64,000 nt of DNA from Spirochaetia bacterium (lineage in GTDB: Bacteria; Spirochaetota; Spirochaetia; SZUA-6; Bin103), in NCBI GenBank assembly GCA_965203055.1, contig OZ241863.1:2240001-2304000 (forward strand), given 5' to 3'. Below, piece by piece: positions 8,925 through 19,348 of the stretch (its first letter is position 1; every line of letters begins with the position of its first letter). A program made the translations under genes and the position numbers. Under the pieces are notes generated by a model that was not told where the DNA came from, did no database searches, and was given only the letters and a program-made list of their open reading frames with translations.

Positions 8925-9914
8925 ATGCTCAACTACTTCCTGCGGCGTTCGTTCTACCTGCTGCTCACCCTGGCGCTGGTGTCGGTGGTGGCGTTCGTGC
9001 TGATCCAGCTCCCGCCCGGCGACTACCTCACCACCTACGTCATTCAACTCGAAAACCAGGGATCGACCGTGTCCGAGGCGGAGCTGGCGGGCCTGCGGCG
9101 CCAGTTCGGGCTCGACCAGCCCGTGCTGGTGCAGTACCTGCGGTGGATCTGGAACATCGTCAGCCGCGGCAACTTCGGGCGCTCGCTGCTCTGGAACGTG
9201 GCGGTGAGCGAGCTGATCTGGGAGCGCATGGGGTGGACCATGGTGGTCGCCCTGGGCTCGCTGCTGTTCACCTACGCGGCGGCGATTCCGATCGGCATCT
9301 ACTCGGCGCTGCACAAGTATTCGGCGTTCGACTTTTCGTTCACCGTAGTCGGCTACGTCGGCCTGGCGACGCCCAACTTCTTTCTCGCCCTGTTGCTGAT
9401 GTATCTCGGCTTCAAGGTGTTTGGACAGAGCGTCGGGGGATTGTTCTCGCCCGCCTACGCCGACGCTCCGTGGAGCATCGGCAAGCTGCTGGATCTGCTG
9501 TCTCACCTGTGGGTGCCGGTGGTGGTGCTCGGCACCGCCGGCACGGCGTCGATCATCCGCGTGATGCGCGGCATGCTGCTCGACGAGCTCAAGAAGCAGT
9601 ACGTGGTGACCGCCCGCGCCAAGGGGCTGGCGGAGCGGCGGCTGGTGTTCCGCTATCCGGTGCGCATCGCACTCAATCCGATCGTGGCCACGATCGGCTG
9701 GCAGCTCGCCGCCATCATCTCGGGAGCGCCGATCGTCGGCGTGGTGCTGAGCCTGCCCACCACCGGCGCCCTGATGCTGCGCGCCCTGCTGAGCCAGGAC
9801 ATGCTGCTCGCCGGCGCCTTCATCCTGCTGCTGAGCGCGCTGACCGTGGTCGGCACCTTCATCTCCGACCTGCTGCTGGCGGCGCTCGATCCGCGCATTC
9901 GGCTGGAGCAATGA
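8925..9914 (+). CDS. ABC permease (OppB/DppB-like)
   Basis: LPPGDY, FGLDQP, YVVTARAKGL loop, DLLLAALDPRIR. Confidence 0.93.
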   Translation: MLNYFLRRSFYLLLTLALVSVVAFVLIQLPPGDYLTTYVIQLENQGSTVSEAELAGLRRQFGLDQPVLVQYLRWIWNIVSRGNFGRSLLWNVAVSELIWERMGWTMVVALGSLLFTYAAAIPIGIYSALHKYSAFDFSFTVVGYVGLATPNFFLALLLMYLGFKVFGQSVGGLFSPAYADAPWSIGKLLDLLSHLWVPVVVLGTAGTASIIRVMRGMLLDELKKQYVVTARAKGLAERRLVFRYPVRIALNPIVATIGWQLAAIISGAPIVGVVLSLPTTGALMLRALLSQDMLLAGAFILLLSALTVVGTFISDLLLAALDPRIRLEQ

Positions 9915-11017
9915 GCCGCGCGCGCCGCCGGTACGATCCGGAGCAGCTATTCCTTGCCTCCCAGTACCAGCTCATGTGGCAGCGGTTCCGCCGCCACCGG
10001 CTGGCCATCGCCGGCGGCGTGGTACTCGGTCTGTTGTACCTGATCGGCATATTCTGCGAGGTGGTGGCGCCCTACGCCATCCGCACCCGCTTTTCCGACC
10101 TGCCGCTGGCGCCGCCGCAGCGCATCCACTTCATCCACGACGGCCGCTTCCAACTGCGCCCGTTCGTGTACGACTTCACGCTGGTGGAGGATCCGGTTAC
10201 CTGGCGCAAGTCATACGGCGAGGACCGCCGCGCCCGCCGCCCGATCTACCTGTTCGAGGCGGGCGACGAGTACCTGTTCTGGGGGTTGTTTCCCGCCCGC
10301 CTGCACCTGTTTTCGGTCCGGGAAGGGACGCTGCTGCTGCTGGGCACCGACGAGATCGGGCGCGACGTATTCAGCCGGCTGGTGTGCGGCGCGCGCGTGT
10401 CGCTGTCGGTGGGATTGATCGGGGTGCTGCTGAGCTTCGTTCTGGGACTTGGCATCGGGGGAGTATCGGGCTACTTCGGCGGCGCGGTGGACAACCTGAT
10501 TCAACGCGGCATCGAATTTCTGCGCTCCATTCCCGTCCTGCCGCTGTGGATGGCGCTGGCCGCCGCCCTGCCGCCGCAGTGGCCGGCGCTGCGCGTCTAC
10601 TTCGGCATCACCATCATCCTGTCGCTGATCGGATGGACCGGCCTGGCGCGGGTGGTGCGCAGCAAGCTGCTCAGTCTGCGCGAGGAAGACTTCGTGATGG
10701 CCGCGCGCGTGGCCGGCACCAGCGCCGCGCGGATCATCGCCGGGCACCTGATCCCATCGTTTCTCAGCTACGTGATCGTGGCGCTGACCCTGGCGATCCC
10801 GGAGATGATCCTGGCCGAGACCGCCTTGAGCTTCCTCGGTCTGGGCCTGCGCCCGCCGGTGGTGAGCTGGGGCGTGCTGCTCGGCGAGGCGCAGAACATC
10901 CACACCGTCGCCCTGGCGCCGTGGCTGATGCTGCCGGGCGCGTTCATCATCATCACCGTGCTGGCGTTCAACCTGCTTGGCGACGGGCTACGCGACGCCG
11001 CCGATCCCTACCAGTAG
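9911..11017 (+). CDS. ABC permease (OppC/DppC-like)
   Basis: ATG overlaps the previous stop; LGTDEIGRDVFSRL, ETALSFLGLG, FNLLGDGLRDAADP. Confidence 0.93.
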   Translation: MSRARRRYDPEQLFLASQYQLMWQRFRRHRLAIAGGVVLGLLYLIGIFCEVVAPYAIRTRFSDLPLAPPQRIHFIHDGRFQLRPFVYDFTLVEDPVTWRKSYGEDRRARRPIYLFEAGDEYLFWGLFPARLHLFSVREGTLLLLGTDEIGRDVFSRLVCGARVSLSVGLIGVLLSFVLGLGIGGVSGYFGGAVDNLIQRGIEFLRSIPVLPLWMALAAALPPQWPALRVYFGITIILSLIGWTGLARVVRSKLLSLREEDFVMAARVAGTSAARIIAGHLIPSFLSYVIVALTLAIPEMILAETALSFLGLGLRPPVVSWGVLLGEAQNIHTVALAPWLMLPGAFIIITVLAFNLLGDGLRDAADPYQ

Positions 11018-11842
11018 ATGGAGCGCGACGCCGCGCGGCCGCACTGGTCGTTCGATCCTGACCCCGCCGGCCAGCCGCGCTTTGCGGCCGCGCTGCAGGA
11101 TGCCTTGGCTGACCGGCCGGCGGGCGGGCGCGTGGACCCGGCGCTGCGCCGCTACGACGTACTGCCCAACTACCCGGCCGGCCGGGCGCCGGCCGCGCCG
11201 GCCGCCGGCGCTCCCCTGCCGATCGGAACGGCCGTGATCAGCCGCCGCGCGGCCGCGGACGGCAGCGCGCGCTACCGGGTTGCGCACGGCAACGCCGCCA
11301 GCGGCGAGCAGGTGACGCTGCGGTTCCGAACCACCGGCGATCCGCTGCCGCGGCTGGCCGGCGAATGGCAGGTGACGGCGGCCAACCGCGCAGGTGACCG
11401 GTACCGCGGGGTGCGCTGCGCCGGAGCGGCGACCGTGAGCCGCGGGCGCCGGGTGATTACGCTGGCCGTCAACGGCGTACCGATGCGTACCGGGGAGGTC
11501 GACGCGGCGCTGCCGCTGACCTGCTGGTGGGCGCTGTTCGACGGGTTGCCGGCGATCGCGCGCGGCGCCGCGCCGGGTGGTCCGTTCGCGCTGCTGGAAG
11601 ACCTGGAAAAGCTGCGCGCGCCGTGCACCGTGCGCCCGCTCGCCGGACCGGCGGTGGAGGTGGCCGGGCGGCGGTTGCGCGGTTACTGCCAGCACGGCGC
11701 CGGCATGCTGCCGAGCTACTGGTGGATAGACGACCATGACGTGGTGCGCATCGTGGCCAGCGTGTACCACACGCTGGCGCTGCGCGCCGGCGGCGCACCG
11801 CGGCCGGACGAGGCGCCCGCCGCGCCGGCGGCACGGCCATGA
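11018..11842 (+). CDS. Hypothetical protein in the ABC/sulfatase operon
   Basis: Abuts the permease stop, overlaps the sulfatase start (ATGA); no motif recognised. Confidence 0.65.
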   Translation: MERDAARPHWSFDPDPAGQPRFAAALQDALADRPAGGRVDPALRRYDVLPNYPAGRAPAAPAAGAPLPIGTAVISRRAAADGSARYRVAHGNAASGEQVTLRFRTTGDPLPRLAGEWQVTAANRAGDRYRGVRCAGAATVSRGRRVITLAVNGVPMRTGEVDAALPLTCWWALFDGLPAIARGAAPGGPFALLEDLEKLRAPCTVRPLAGPAVEVAGRRLRGYCQHGAGMLPSYWWIDDHDVVRIVASVYHTLALRAGGAPRPDEAPAAPAARP

Positions 11843-13272
11843 GCGGGCGGCCCAACATCCTGTTCATCAGCACCGACCAGCACACCTGGGACGCGCTGTC
11901 CGCGTACGGCAACCGCTGGGTGAGCACCCCGCACCTCGACCGGCTGGCGGCGTCCGGCACCTCGTTCATGCGTTCCTACTGCACCGACCCGGTGTGCGCT
12001 CCGGCGCGTACGAGCTGGGCGACGGGGCGCTACACCTCGGAAGCCGGCGTGCCGTTCAACGGCGGCCGGCTCCACGCCCACCTCCCGGACCTGGGACAGC
12101 TCCTGCGCGCCGGCGGCTACGGCGCGTACCACGCCGGCAAGTGGCACGTCGAGGGGCGCGACGTCACCGGCAGCTTCGACACGCTCTACTTCGGGGCGCG
12201 CCGCATCCTCGCCGGCACCGGCGAGTTCTACGACCCCGCCACCACCCACGCCGCGCTGCAGTTCCTCACCGGCTACGACGGCGCGCGGCCCTTCTATCTG
12301 CAGCTCGGGTTCGTGAATCCGCACGACGTGTGCGAGCACTGGCGCTACCACGCGGAGCGGGAAACGCCCGACCCGGTGGCCCAGGGCATCCTGCGCGAGG
12401 AGGAGCTGCCGCCGCTGCCGGACAACTTCCACTACGATCCGCAGGAAACGCTGCTGCAGCGGGTAGCGCGGCGGGACGACGATTGCCTGATCCACTGGAA
12501 CATCCTGCGCCGCGTGCGAAAGTTCTCCGCGCTGCAGTGGCGTTACCTGGCGTGGAGCCTGTACCGCTTCGTCGAGAAGGTGGACGCCGAGATCGGCCTG
12601 GTGCTGGACGCGCTGGACGCCAGCCGCTGGCGCGACGACACCATCGTGATCTTCAGCGCCGACCACGGCGAAGCGGCCGGCCGGCACCGGATGTTCCAGA
12701 AGTTCACCCTGTACGAGGAGAGCGTGCGCACGCCGCTGGTGGTGGCCACCCTCGGCGACCGGTTGCCGGTGGCGAAGGGCCGGCGCCTCGACCACCTGGT
12801 GTCCGGCGTCGACCTGCCCGCCACGGTGTGCGACTACGCCGGCATCCCCGCTCCCCCGCGCTGTCTCGGGCGCAGCCTGCGGCCCCTGGTCGAGGGCCGC
12901 GGTCTCCCGTGGCGGGACCGCGTCTACCTGGAGTCGAACTACTGGGGCCGCGCCCTGGTCACCGCCACCCACAAGTACGTGACCGAGTACCGGCCGAAGG
13001 CGGTAGAGGATTACGTGCCGCCGGGGCCGGACAGCGCCGAGCGCGGCCTGGAGCAGCTCTTCGACCTGCGGGCGGACCCCGGCGAAACCCGCAACCTCGC
13101 CGGCGCCCCGGCGCAGGCGGCGACCCTGGCCGAGCTGCGGGACGCGCTGGCTGCGGAGGAACGCCGCCTCGATCGGCGGCCGCTCGCGCCGGGCCGCCCG
13201 CGCGCGGTCGTCGACCAGTGGGGCGCCCGCCTCCGCCGGCGCTGGCAGGCTCACCGCCGGCCAGCGCGATGA
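11839..13272 (+). CDS. Cys-type (formylglycine) sulfatase
   Basis: RPNILFISTDQH, CAPARTSWATG (CxPxR), AGKWH, FSADHG, QLFDLRADPGETRNLA. Confidence 0.92.
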   Translation: MSGRPNILFISTDQHTWDALSAYGNRWVSTPHLDRLAASGTSFMRSYCTDPVCAPARTSWATGRYTSEAGVPFNGGRLHAHLPDLGQLLRAGGYGAYHAGKWHVEGRDVTGSFDTLYFGARRILAGTGEFYDPATTHAALQFLTGYDGARPFYLQLGFVNPHDVCEHWRYHAERETPDPVAQGILREEELPPLPDNFHYDPQETLLQRVARRDDDCLIHWNILRRVRKFSALQWRYLAWSLYRFVEKVDAEIGLVLDALDASRWRDDTIVIFSADHGEAAGRHRMFQKFTLYEESVRTPLVVATLGDRLPVAKGRRLDHLVSGVDLPATVCDYAGIPAPPRCLGRSLRPLVEGRGLPWRDRVYLESNYWGRALVTATHKYVTEYRPKAVEDYVPPGPDSAERGLEQLFDLRADPGETRNLAGAPAQAATLAELRDALAAEERRLDRRPLAPGRPRAVVDQWGARLRRRWQAHRRPAR

Positions 13273-13332
13273 GGCTACCCGGCTGGTTCAACCTGCTGTC
13301 GTCGGACGGCTTTTACAACCGCGGCGAGCGCT

Positions 13333-14658
13333 CTACCCGCCGTCGGCGTCGAGGAGGAACCTCCAGATCGGCACCGCGTCGATGCGCCCGCCGCCGGCTT
13401 CGATCCGCTCCCGCTGGTTGCGGGTCACGAGCGTCGCGCTCATCACTCCCAGCTCCTCCATGGCCCGCGCCAGGGCGGCGAGTTCCCGCTTGCGCGTCTG
13501 CGGATGAGCGACCGACTCGCACACCTGCACCAGCAGCGGCGGGCGGCCGCGGCGCGGGACCACGAAGTCGACCTCCCGGCCCGTTCCGGTCCGGTAGTAG
13601 TAGATGCGCTCGTGCCGGCGCCGCAGGGCAGTGAACACCAGGTTCTCCAGGAAATGCCCCGAATTGACCAGAATGCCTGACGCCGCCGACGTGATCAGCG
13701 CGTGGTCGATGCAGTACACCTTCTTGGGATTGGCGTTCCGGCGCGCCGCCGAGGCGTCGAAGATCTGCACCGTGAACAGGAAATAGCAGTCCTCGAACCA
13801 CGCCAGATACTCTGCCACCGCCGCCTTGGGCACCTTGTGGCCGAGCGACTTGAGGTACCCGGTGAGGCTGTTCACGGTATAGAGCGACGCGGCGCAGTCC
13901 ACCAGCCGGTGGGCCAGGTCGGCGACCGCCCGCGGATGAGAAACGTCGTGGCGCTCCACCAGGTCCCGGAACAGGATGGCGTTGAAGTACTCCTGGTGAA
14001 TCCTGAGCCGCAGCTCCCGCCCCACGCCGGCCACCTCCGGAAAGCCTCCCCGCTCCCAGTACTCCTCGAAGGCGTTGGCGACTGCCAGGCGCCGTCCGGT
14101 CGACAGTTCACCCGCGCCGTCGATACCCCGGTAGTCGAGAAACTCACGGAACGAGAACGGGAATATCTCCCATGCCAGCGCCCGCCCCCGCATCTGAGTC
14201 GCGATCTCCCGCGACAACAGGTGCGCCGACGACCCGGTAAGGTAGACTTGGCATCGTTCGGTGCGCAGCAGGCGGTCCACGAACGGCTCCCAGCCGGGAA
14301 CCGCCTGAATCTCATCGAAGAAGCAGTGAACCGTCTCGACCTGTTTCTTCTGCGGGTAGAGCGAGAAGTAGGCATCGATGATCGCGCCCAGGCCGCCGTG
14401 CCGCAGATTGTGCAGCCGGTCATCGAACAGGTTCAGGTACAGGACGTTCTGCCGGGGGATGCCGCGCGCCGCCAGCCGCTCGATCAACTGGTACAGAAAG
14501 GTCGACTTGCCGCTGCGGCGCACGCCGATGCAGACGGTCGCCTTGCCGGGCACCGTCTCGACGCGCAGGCGCCGGGGCACGCCGGTCGCCGGCGCCGCCT
14601 CCTGAAAATCCAGGATCATCGCCTTGAGGGTATCTTGCAGGACGCCTGAATCGGTCAT
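13333..14658 (-). CDS. AAA+ ATPase (AAA_14) with DUF4143 C-terminal domain
   Basis: GVRRSGKST, FFDEIQ, LTGSSA, GGFPE, KKVYCID, REVDFV...QVC. Confidence 0.9.
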   Translation of the reverse strand: MTDSGVLQDTLKAMILDFQEAAPATGVPRRLRVETVPGKATVCIGVRRSGKSTFLYQLIERLAARGIPRQNVLYLNLFDDRLHNLRHGGLGAIIDAYFSLYPQKKQVETVHCFFDEIQAVPGWEPFVDRLLRTERCQVYLTGSSAHLLSREIATQMRGRALAWEIFPFSFREFLDYRGIDGAGELSTGRRLAVANAFEEYWERGGFPEVAGVGRELRLRIHQEYFNAILFRDLVERHDVSHPRAVADLAHRLVDCAASLYTVNSLTGYLKSLGHKVPKAAVAEYLAWFEDCYFLFTVQIFDASAARRNANPKKVYCIDHALITSAASGILVNSGHFLENLVFTALRRRHERIYYYRTGTGREVDFVVPRRGRPPLLVQVCESVAHPQTRKRELAALARAMEELGVMSATLVTRNQRERIEAGGGRIDAVPIWRFLLDADGG

Positions 14659-14744
14659 ATTTCTTACCGGATACTACCACAATCGGTAATAATGGTAACC
14701 GATCGTGACGGCCGGTAGCTGCTTGCCCCACGGTGTAGCCGGCT

Positions 14745-15062
14745 TCAGGCGCGCGGGCTCTCATGCGGGGCGCCGTCGAGTACGTACGCCATCAGTTCTG
14801 GCATGGTTCGCGTCCGGCTTGGCGACAGCCGCGCCACTTCGATCCGGACGGCGGCGCGGCAGGCGCCCTCGAACCAGTTGAGCAGCACGGTCTTGCCGTT
14901 GCCGCGCGGCCCGATCAGCGCCGCGTCGTGCGGCGGCGCCGCGCCGCCGAGCAGGTCCCCCAGACACTGCCTGAGCACCTCCTGTTCCCGCTCGCGCCCG
15001 GTCAGCGCCGGCGGAGCCGCGCCCGTCCCGGGCGTAAACAGGCGTCCCACCGTCGCCGTCAT
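14745..15062 (-). pseudogene. Short remnant of an AAA ATPase (Walker A present, Walker B absent)
   Basis: FTPGTGAAPPALTGRERE and GPRGNGKT, but only 105 aa. Confidence 0.7.
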
Positions 15063-15113
15063 CGCGCCGAATCTGAGCTCGCGATCACCTGTTCCGGTTG
15101 AGCCGCTGCCCGG

Positions 15114-15413
15114 TCAGGATGCCTGACGAAGGGAAGATGCAGGACGAATGCGGTCGATGAGCCCGTGCCGATCCTTGGCGAGCTTGCGGAAATCGCACTC
15201 CACCTGAATTCCATGCCAGAACTGGTCCGACTGACTGAAGAAGGCGCCGAAGCGAATGGACATGGCCGGTGTAATCGACCGCCGGCCATGTACGATTTCA
15301 TTGATCGCGCGCGGAGCAACCCCTGTCGCGCGACTCATGGCGTTCTGAGAAATCCCCATCGGCTTGAGATATTCCTCAAGAAGAATCTCACCCGGTGTAA
15401 TCGGCTCGTCCAT
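15114..15413 (-). CDS. higA: HigA-family antitoxin / HTH regulator
   Basis: [20 protein letters not shown]...[19 protein letters not shown]...FWHGIQ. Confidence 0.88.
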   Translation of the reverse strand: MDEPITPGEILLEEYLKPMGISQNAMSRATGVAPRAINEIVHGRRSITPAMSIRFGAFFSQSDQFWHGIQVECDFRKLAKDRHGLIDRIRPASSLRQAS

Positions 15414-15635
15414 GGTAGTAAGCTCCCAACCGCCGCCGCCGGCAGCCTGCCGGCCAGTCCAGCGCGCGCGGCAATACGCAGCCCGATGCTCCGGATTATA
15501 TCTAATATGGCGGTCTCTTACGCGGCTGCCCCCCCGCAGCTCCCTGCTGACCGGTTGCTGACCTCACCCGCACGCACATGGGCGGTTGACAACCGGCGGT
15601 GGTCGGCCCAAGGTGGCGCGCGGAGTGCTGCGCCA

Positions 15636-16796
15636 ATGACCGATCCCAAGATCACCAAGCTCGAGATTCACGAGTTCCGCTACGAGGCGAAGGACCTGGG
15701 CTACGACGAGGATGGCTTCAACGTGGTGTACGAGCCGGGGGGCCGGCTGCCGTCCGGCGGCCACGTCCTGCGCCTGTTCACCGACACCGGCCCGGTGGGC
15801 GAGTGTCTCGCCGGCCGCGCGTCGGAGCTCTCCACCATCCCCCAGTTCTGGCACTACCTCAAGGGCAAGAGCGCCCTGCAGCGGGAGCGGATCAACGACG
15901 ACGTCAAGCGCGCCCTCCGGCAGAGCGCGCGCATCGGCGTGGCGCCGATCGACATCGCGCTGTGGGACATCGCCGGCAAGCTGTTCGACGTACCGATCTA
16001 CCGCCTGCTCGGCGGCTACAAGGAGTCGGTGCCCTGCTACGCGAGCACCTTCCACGGCGATGCGGCCGGCGGCCTGGACTGTCCCGAGGCGTACGCCGAC
16101 TTCGCCCGCCAGTGTCAGGAGATGGGCTACCCGGCGTTCAAGATTCACGGTTGGAGCAAGGCGCCGGTGGCGCAGGAAGCGGCCAACGTGCTGGCGGTGC
16201 GCGCCGCGGTCGGCGACGGCATGGACCTGATGCTCGATCCCGCATGCGAGCTGCGCACCTTCGGCGACGCGGTCAAGGTGGGCCGCGCCTGCGACGAGGC
16301 GCGCTTCTTCTGGTACGAGGATCCGTTCCGCGACGGCGGCATCTCCCAGTTCGCCCACCGCAAGCTGCGCCAGTTGATCAGGACGCCGCTGCTGCAGACC
16401 GAGCACGTGCGCTCCCTGGAGCCGCACATCGACTTCGTGGTGGCCGACGCCACCGACTACGTGCGCGGCGACGTCGGCTACGACGGCATCACCGGCGTGA
16501 TGAAGCTGGCCCACGCCGCCGAGTCGCTGGGCATCGACATCGAATTCCACGGCCCGAGCCCGGCGGCGCGGCAGTGCATGGCGGCAATCCGCAACACCAA
16601 CTACTACGAGATGGGACTGGTGCACCCCAAGGTGGCGGCGTCGCATGCCCCCGACCTGTACCAGGACCATCACGATTCGCTGGCCGCCATCGACCGCCGC
16701 GGCCACGTGCCGGTGGGCCAGACCCCGGGGCTGGGCGCGCAGATCGACTGGGACTGGGTGGCGGCCCACCGCACCGGCATCCGGACCTACGATTGA
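15636..16796 (+). CDS. Mandelate racemase / enolase superfamily enzyme
   Basis: IDIALWDIAGK...PIYRLLGG, AFKIH, LMLD, WYEDP, PGLG; ATG 15636 chosen. Confidence 0.9.
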   Translation: MTDPKITKLEIHEFRYEAKDLGYDEDGFNVVYEPGGRLPSGGHVLRLFTDTGPVGECLAGRASELSTIPQFWHYLKGKSALQRERINDDVKRALRQSARIGVAPIDIALWDIAGKLFDVPIYRLLGGYKESVPCYASTFHGDAAGGLDCPEAYADFARQCQEMGYPAFKIHGWSKAPVAQEAANVLAVRAAVGDGMDLMLDPACELRTFGDAVKVGRACDEARFFWYEDPFRDGGISQFAHRKLRQLIRTPLLQTEHVRSLEPHIDFVVADATDYVRGDVGYDGITGVMKLAHAAESLGIDIEFHGPSPAARQCMAAIRNTNYYEMGLVHPKVAASHAPDLYQDHHDSLAAIDRRGHVPVGQTPGLGAQIDWDWVAAHRTGIRTYD

Positions 16797-16814
16797 AAGA
16801 CGGAGCAACGGCAG

Positions 16815-17645
16815 ATGAAGCACTCCAATTCTCACTCCAATTCAGTAGTCAGCGACCGCCAACGCGAGCAGTTCCGCGAGGAAGGATTGTGCATCCTGGA
16901 GCAGGTGATCGATCCCGAGACGGTGACCATGCTGCGCGAGGAGTGTTCCTACTTCCTGGGGTATCTCGACGCGGTCATGGACGAGCAGGGCGTGACCACC
17001 ATCGGCATCACCCACCGCGGCAGCCGCTACTTCATCGCCAACCGCTACCGCGCCAGCCGGCGTATGCGCGGCTTCCTGTTCGGGGAGCTGATGGCTGAAG
17101 TGACGCGCCGGCTGCTCGGCGGCGAGGTGTATCTGTTCAACGAGCAGTGGGTGGTCAAGGGCCCCGAGCAGGGCATGAAGTTCGCCTGGCACCAGGACTC
17201 CGGCTACGTCCGCACGCGCGACCCGAACGCCGCGCACCCGCCCTATCTGACCTGCTGGTGCGCCCTGGACGACGTAGACGAGTCCAACGGCACCGCCTAC
17301 GTGCTGCCCCACTCCCGCGGCGGCACGCGCAACACCATCTACCCGCACCGGCGCGAGGAGGGCAGCAACGACCTGATCGGCTACGACGGCGATGATCCGG
17401 GCGTGCCGGTGGTGGCCCCGGCCGGCAGCATCGCGGCCTTCAGCAGCTACAACCTGCATCGCAGCGGGGCCAACACCAGCCCCGGCATGCGGCGCGTCTA
17501 CCTGCCCCAGTACAGCAGCGCGCCGATCCGCGGCGGCGGCGGTGAGATGTGGGGCATGGCGGTGCCGTTTCTACGCGGCGGCCGGGTGGTGTACGAACCG
17601 GCGCAGGACACTCCCTCCCGCTACGGCCCGCGCCCGCGCGCGTGA
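16815..17645 (+). CDS. Phytanoyl-CoA dioxygenase (PhyH) family protein
   Basis: WHQD, CWCALDD, NG, LHRSGAN (HxD...H triad). Confidence 0.88.
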   Translation: MKHSNSHSNSVVSDRQREQFREEGLCILEQVIDPETVTMLREECSYFLGYLDAVMDEQGVTTIGITHRGSRYFIANRYRASRRMRGFLFGELMAEVTRRLLGGEVYLFNEQWVVKGPEQGMKFAWHQDSGYVRTRDPNAAHPPYLTCWCALDDVDESNGTAYVLPHSRGGTRNTIYPHRREEGSNDLIGYDGDDPGVPVVAPAGSIAAFSSYNLHRSGANTSPGMRRVYLPQYSSAPIRGGGGEMWGMAVPFLRGGRVVYEPAQDTPSRYGPRPRA

Positions 17646-17730
17646 CGCCCGCGCTCGCGCCCGCGCCTGACGGACCCCGGCGCGCCGTACCCTGCAGCGC
17701 GGCGCGAATCGCGGTATCTTACAGGGCGTC

Positions 17731-18450
17731 ATGAGTAACGAGACCACTTCCCAAGCAGCGGATCGCCCATCGAGGAACAACAAGCGCATCGTCCTGGTGG
17801 TGGTGATCGTGGCCGCGGTTGCGGTCGTCGGGGCCGCCGGCTGGTATCTGGGGTCGCCGCTGTTCATCAACCGGGCGGTCAACGAGGCATTTCCGGTGCA
17901 GGTGCCGAGCGCCGCCGAGATGGAGGGCATGTCCGCCGCGGAGCTGGCCGCGATGGAGCAGCAGATCATGGACGCCCTGCCCTCGCCGGAGGCGCTGGCG
18001 GAGCTGCCCGAGCCGGCGCGGGAGCGCATTCGCCGGGAGGTGGAGCGGTTCGCGGCGGCCATGCCGGAACGCCCGGTGGCGGAGCCGATGCCGGGGCCGG
18101 AGCTGCTGGCCAGCGGCGAGTTTCAGGACGCCGACCGGTTCCACAAGGGCAGCGGCTCGGCCCTGTTGTACCGCATCCCCGGCATGGGGAACGTGCTGCG
18201 CTTCGAGCGGTTCAGCGCCACCAACGGGCCGGACCTGCGCGTGCTGCTGGCCGAGGGCGCCCGCCCCACCAATCGCGGCGAGCTGGGCGAGTATCTGGAG
18301 CTGGGCTCCTTGAAGGGCAACGTCGGCGATCAGAACTACACGCTGCCGGAAGACGCCGACCCGGCGCGCTACGCCAGCGTGGTGATCTACTGCCGCCCGT
18401 TCCAGGTGGTGTTCGCCACCGCGACCCTCACGCCGGCCGGCGGCGAATAG
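17731..18450 (+). CDS. Membrane-anchored DM13-domain protein
   Basis: N-terminal TM; HKGSG, NGPDLRVLL, LKGNVGDQNY, VVIYCRPF. Confidence 0.88.
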   Translation: MSNETTSQAADRPSRNNKRIVLVVVIVAAVAVVGAAGWYLGSPLFINRAVNEAFPVQVPSAAEMEGMSAAELAAMEQQIMDALPSPEALAELPEPARERIRREVERFAAAMPERPVAEPMPGPELLASGEFQDADRFHKGSGSALLYRIPGMGNVLRFERFSATNGPDLRVLLAEGARPTNRGELGEYLELGSLKGNVGDQNYTLPEDADPARYASVVIYCRPFQVVFATATLTPAGGE

Positions 18451-18466
18451 GACCCGGCGGGCAAGC

Positions 18467-19231
18467 GTGCAACGGGAGCGGAAAGCCGCGGCGCAGCCTC
18501 CGGCCCGGACCGCGGTGCAGCGCATTCGCGACATCTCCATCATCGTGCTGGCAGTGTCGATGACGGTGATGTACGGCGCCGTCGTGGCGCTGATCATCGT
18601 GCTGTGGCAGCCGCTGCGGACGACGGTGCAGGCGGTCGCCGCGACCAGCCAGGCGGTCGCCGCTATGTCGGAGACGGCGCGCGCCACGGTGGACGACGTC
18701 GCCGGCCAGATGTCCGGCGTCGCCGCCGAGGTGAGCGCGACGCTGTCCGGCGCGGCCGGCGAACTGTCCGGCGCGGTGGATCAGGTTGCCGCGGAGATGA
18801 CCAGCGCGGCCGGCGCGGCGGGCGCCACGTTGACCGGGGCGGCCGACGAGGTCGCCGCGGAGTTGACCGGGGCGGCCGGCGCCGCCGCGGCCGCGGCGCG
18901 GGAAACCGCTTCGGCGGCCGCCGGCGCGGTGGTGGAGGAGGTCGCCGCAGCCGGTGACGAGGCCGCAGCCGAAGCGGCGGCGGCCGAGGGCGCGGCCACC
19001 GAGGCGATTGCCGGGGCGGTCAGCGGAGCCGCGGCGGCGGTGGATACCGCCGCGGCCGGTGCGATCGCCGGAACCGGCGCCGGCAGCGCGGCGGCCGGGA
19101 CGGCGCGCAGCGACGCGGTGCTGCAGGACGCCGACCGGCTGTTCGCGTACGTGGACCGGCTGTTCGCATATGCCGACCGGCTGCTCGACTACGCCGACCG
19201 TCTCCAGGCCCGGAGCTCCGCGGCGCAGTGA
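18467..19231 (+). CDS. Ala-rich membrane-anchored repeat protein
   Basis: One N-terminal TM, ~11-residue Ala-rich periodicity, C-terminal 7-aa repeats. Confidence 0.65.
   Translation: MQRERKAAAQPPARTAVQRIRDISIIVLAVSMTVMYGAVVALIIVLWQPLRTTVQAVAATSQAVAAMSETARATVDDVAGQMSGVAAEVSATLSGAAGELSGAVDQVAAEMTSAAGAAGATLTGAADEVAAELTGAAGAAAAAARETASAAAGAVVEEVAAAGDEAAAEAAAAEGAATEAIAGAVSGAAAAVDTAAAGAIAGTGAGSAAAGTARSDAVLQDADRLFAYVDRLFAYADRLLDYADRLQARSSAAQ
19130..19204 (+). repeat. 21-bp coding tandem repeat, about 3.5 copies (ADRLFAY)
   Basis: gccgaccggctgttcgcgtac / gtggaccggctgttcgcatat / gccgaccggctgctcgactac / gccgaccgtctc. Confidence 0.8.
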
Positions 19232-19348
19232 CCGGCTGACCACCCCCAGCGGCCCACGTGGTGCCGCGGCGCGCAGCGCCGGCGCGGCCGGCGCCTCCCG
19301 TCGGTTGGAGCGCCCTGCCGAAGCTGCTACTATGAGACGACGCACGCC

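Noticed and set aside
19130..19204. CRISPR-like repeats
   Set aside because: Contiguous in-frame coding repeats with no spacers and no cas genes
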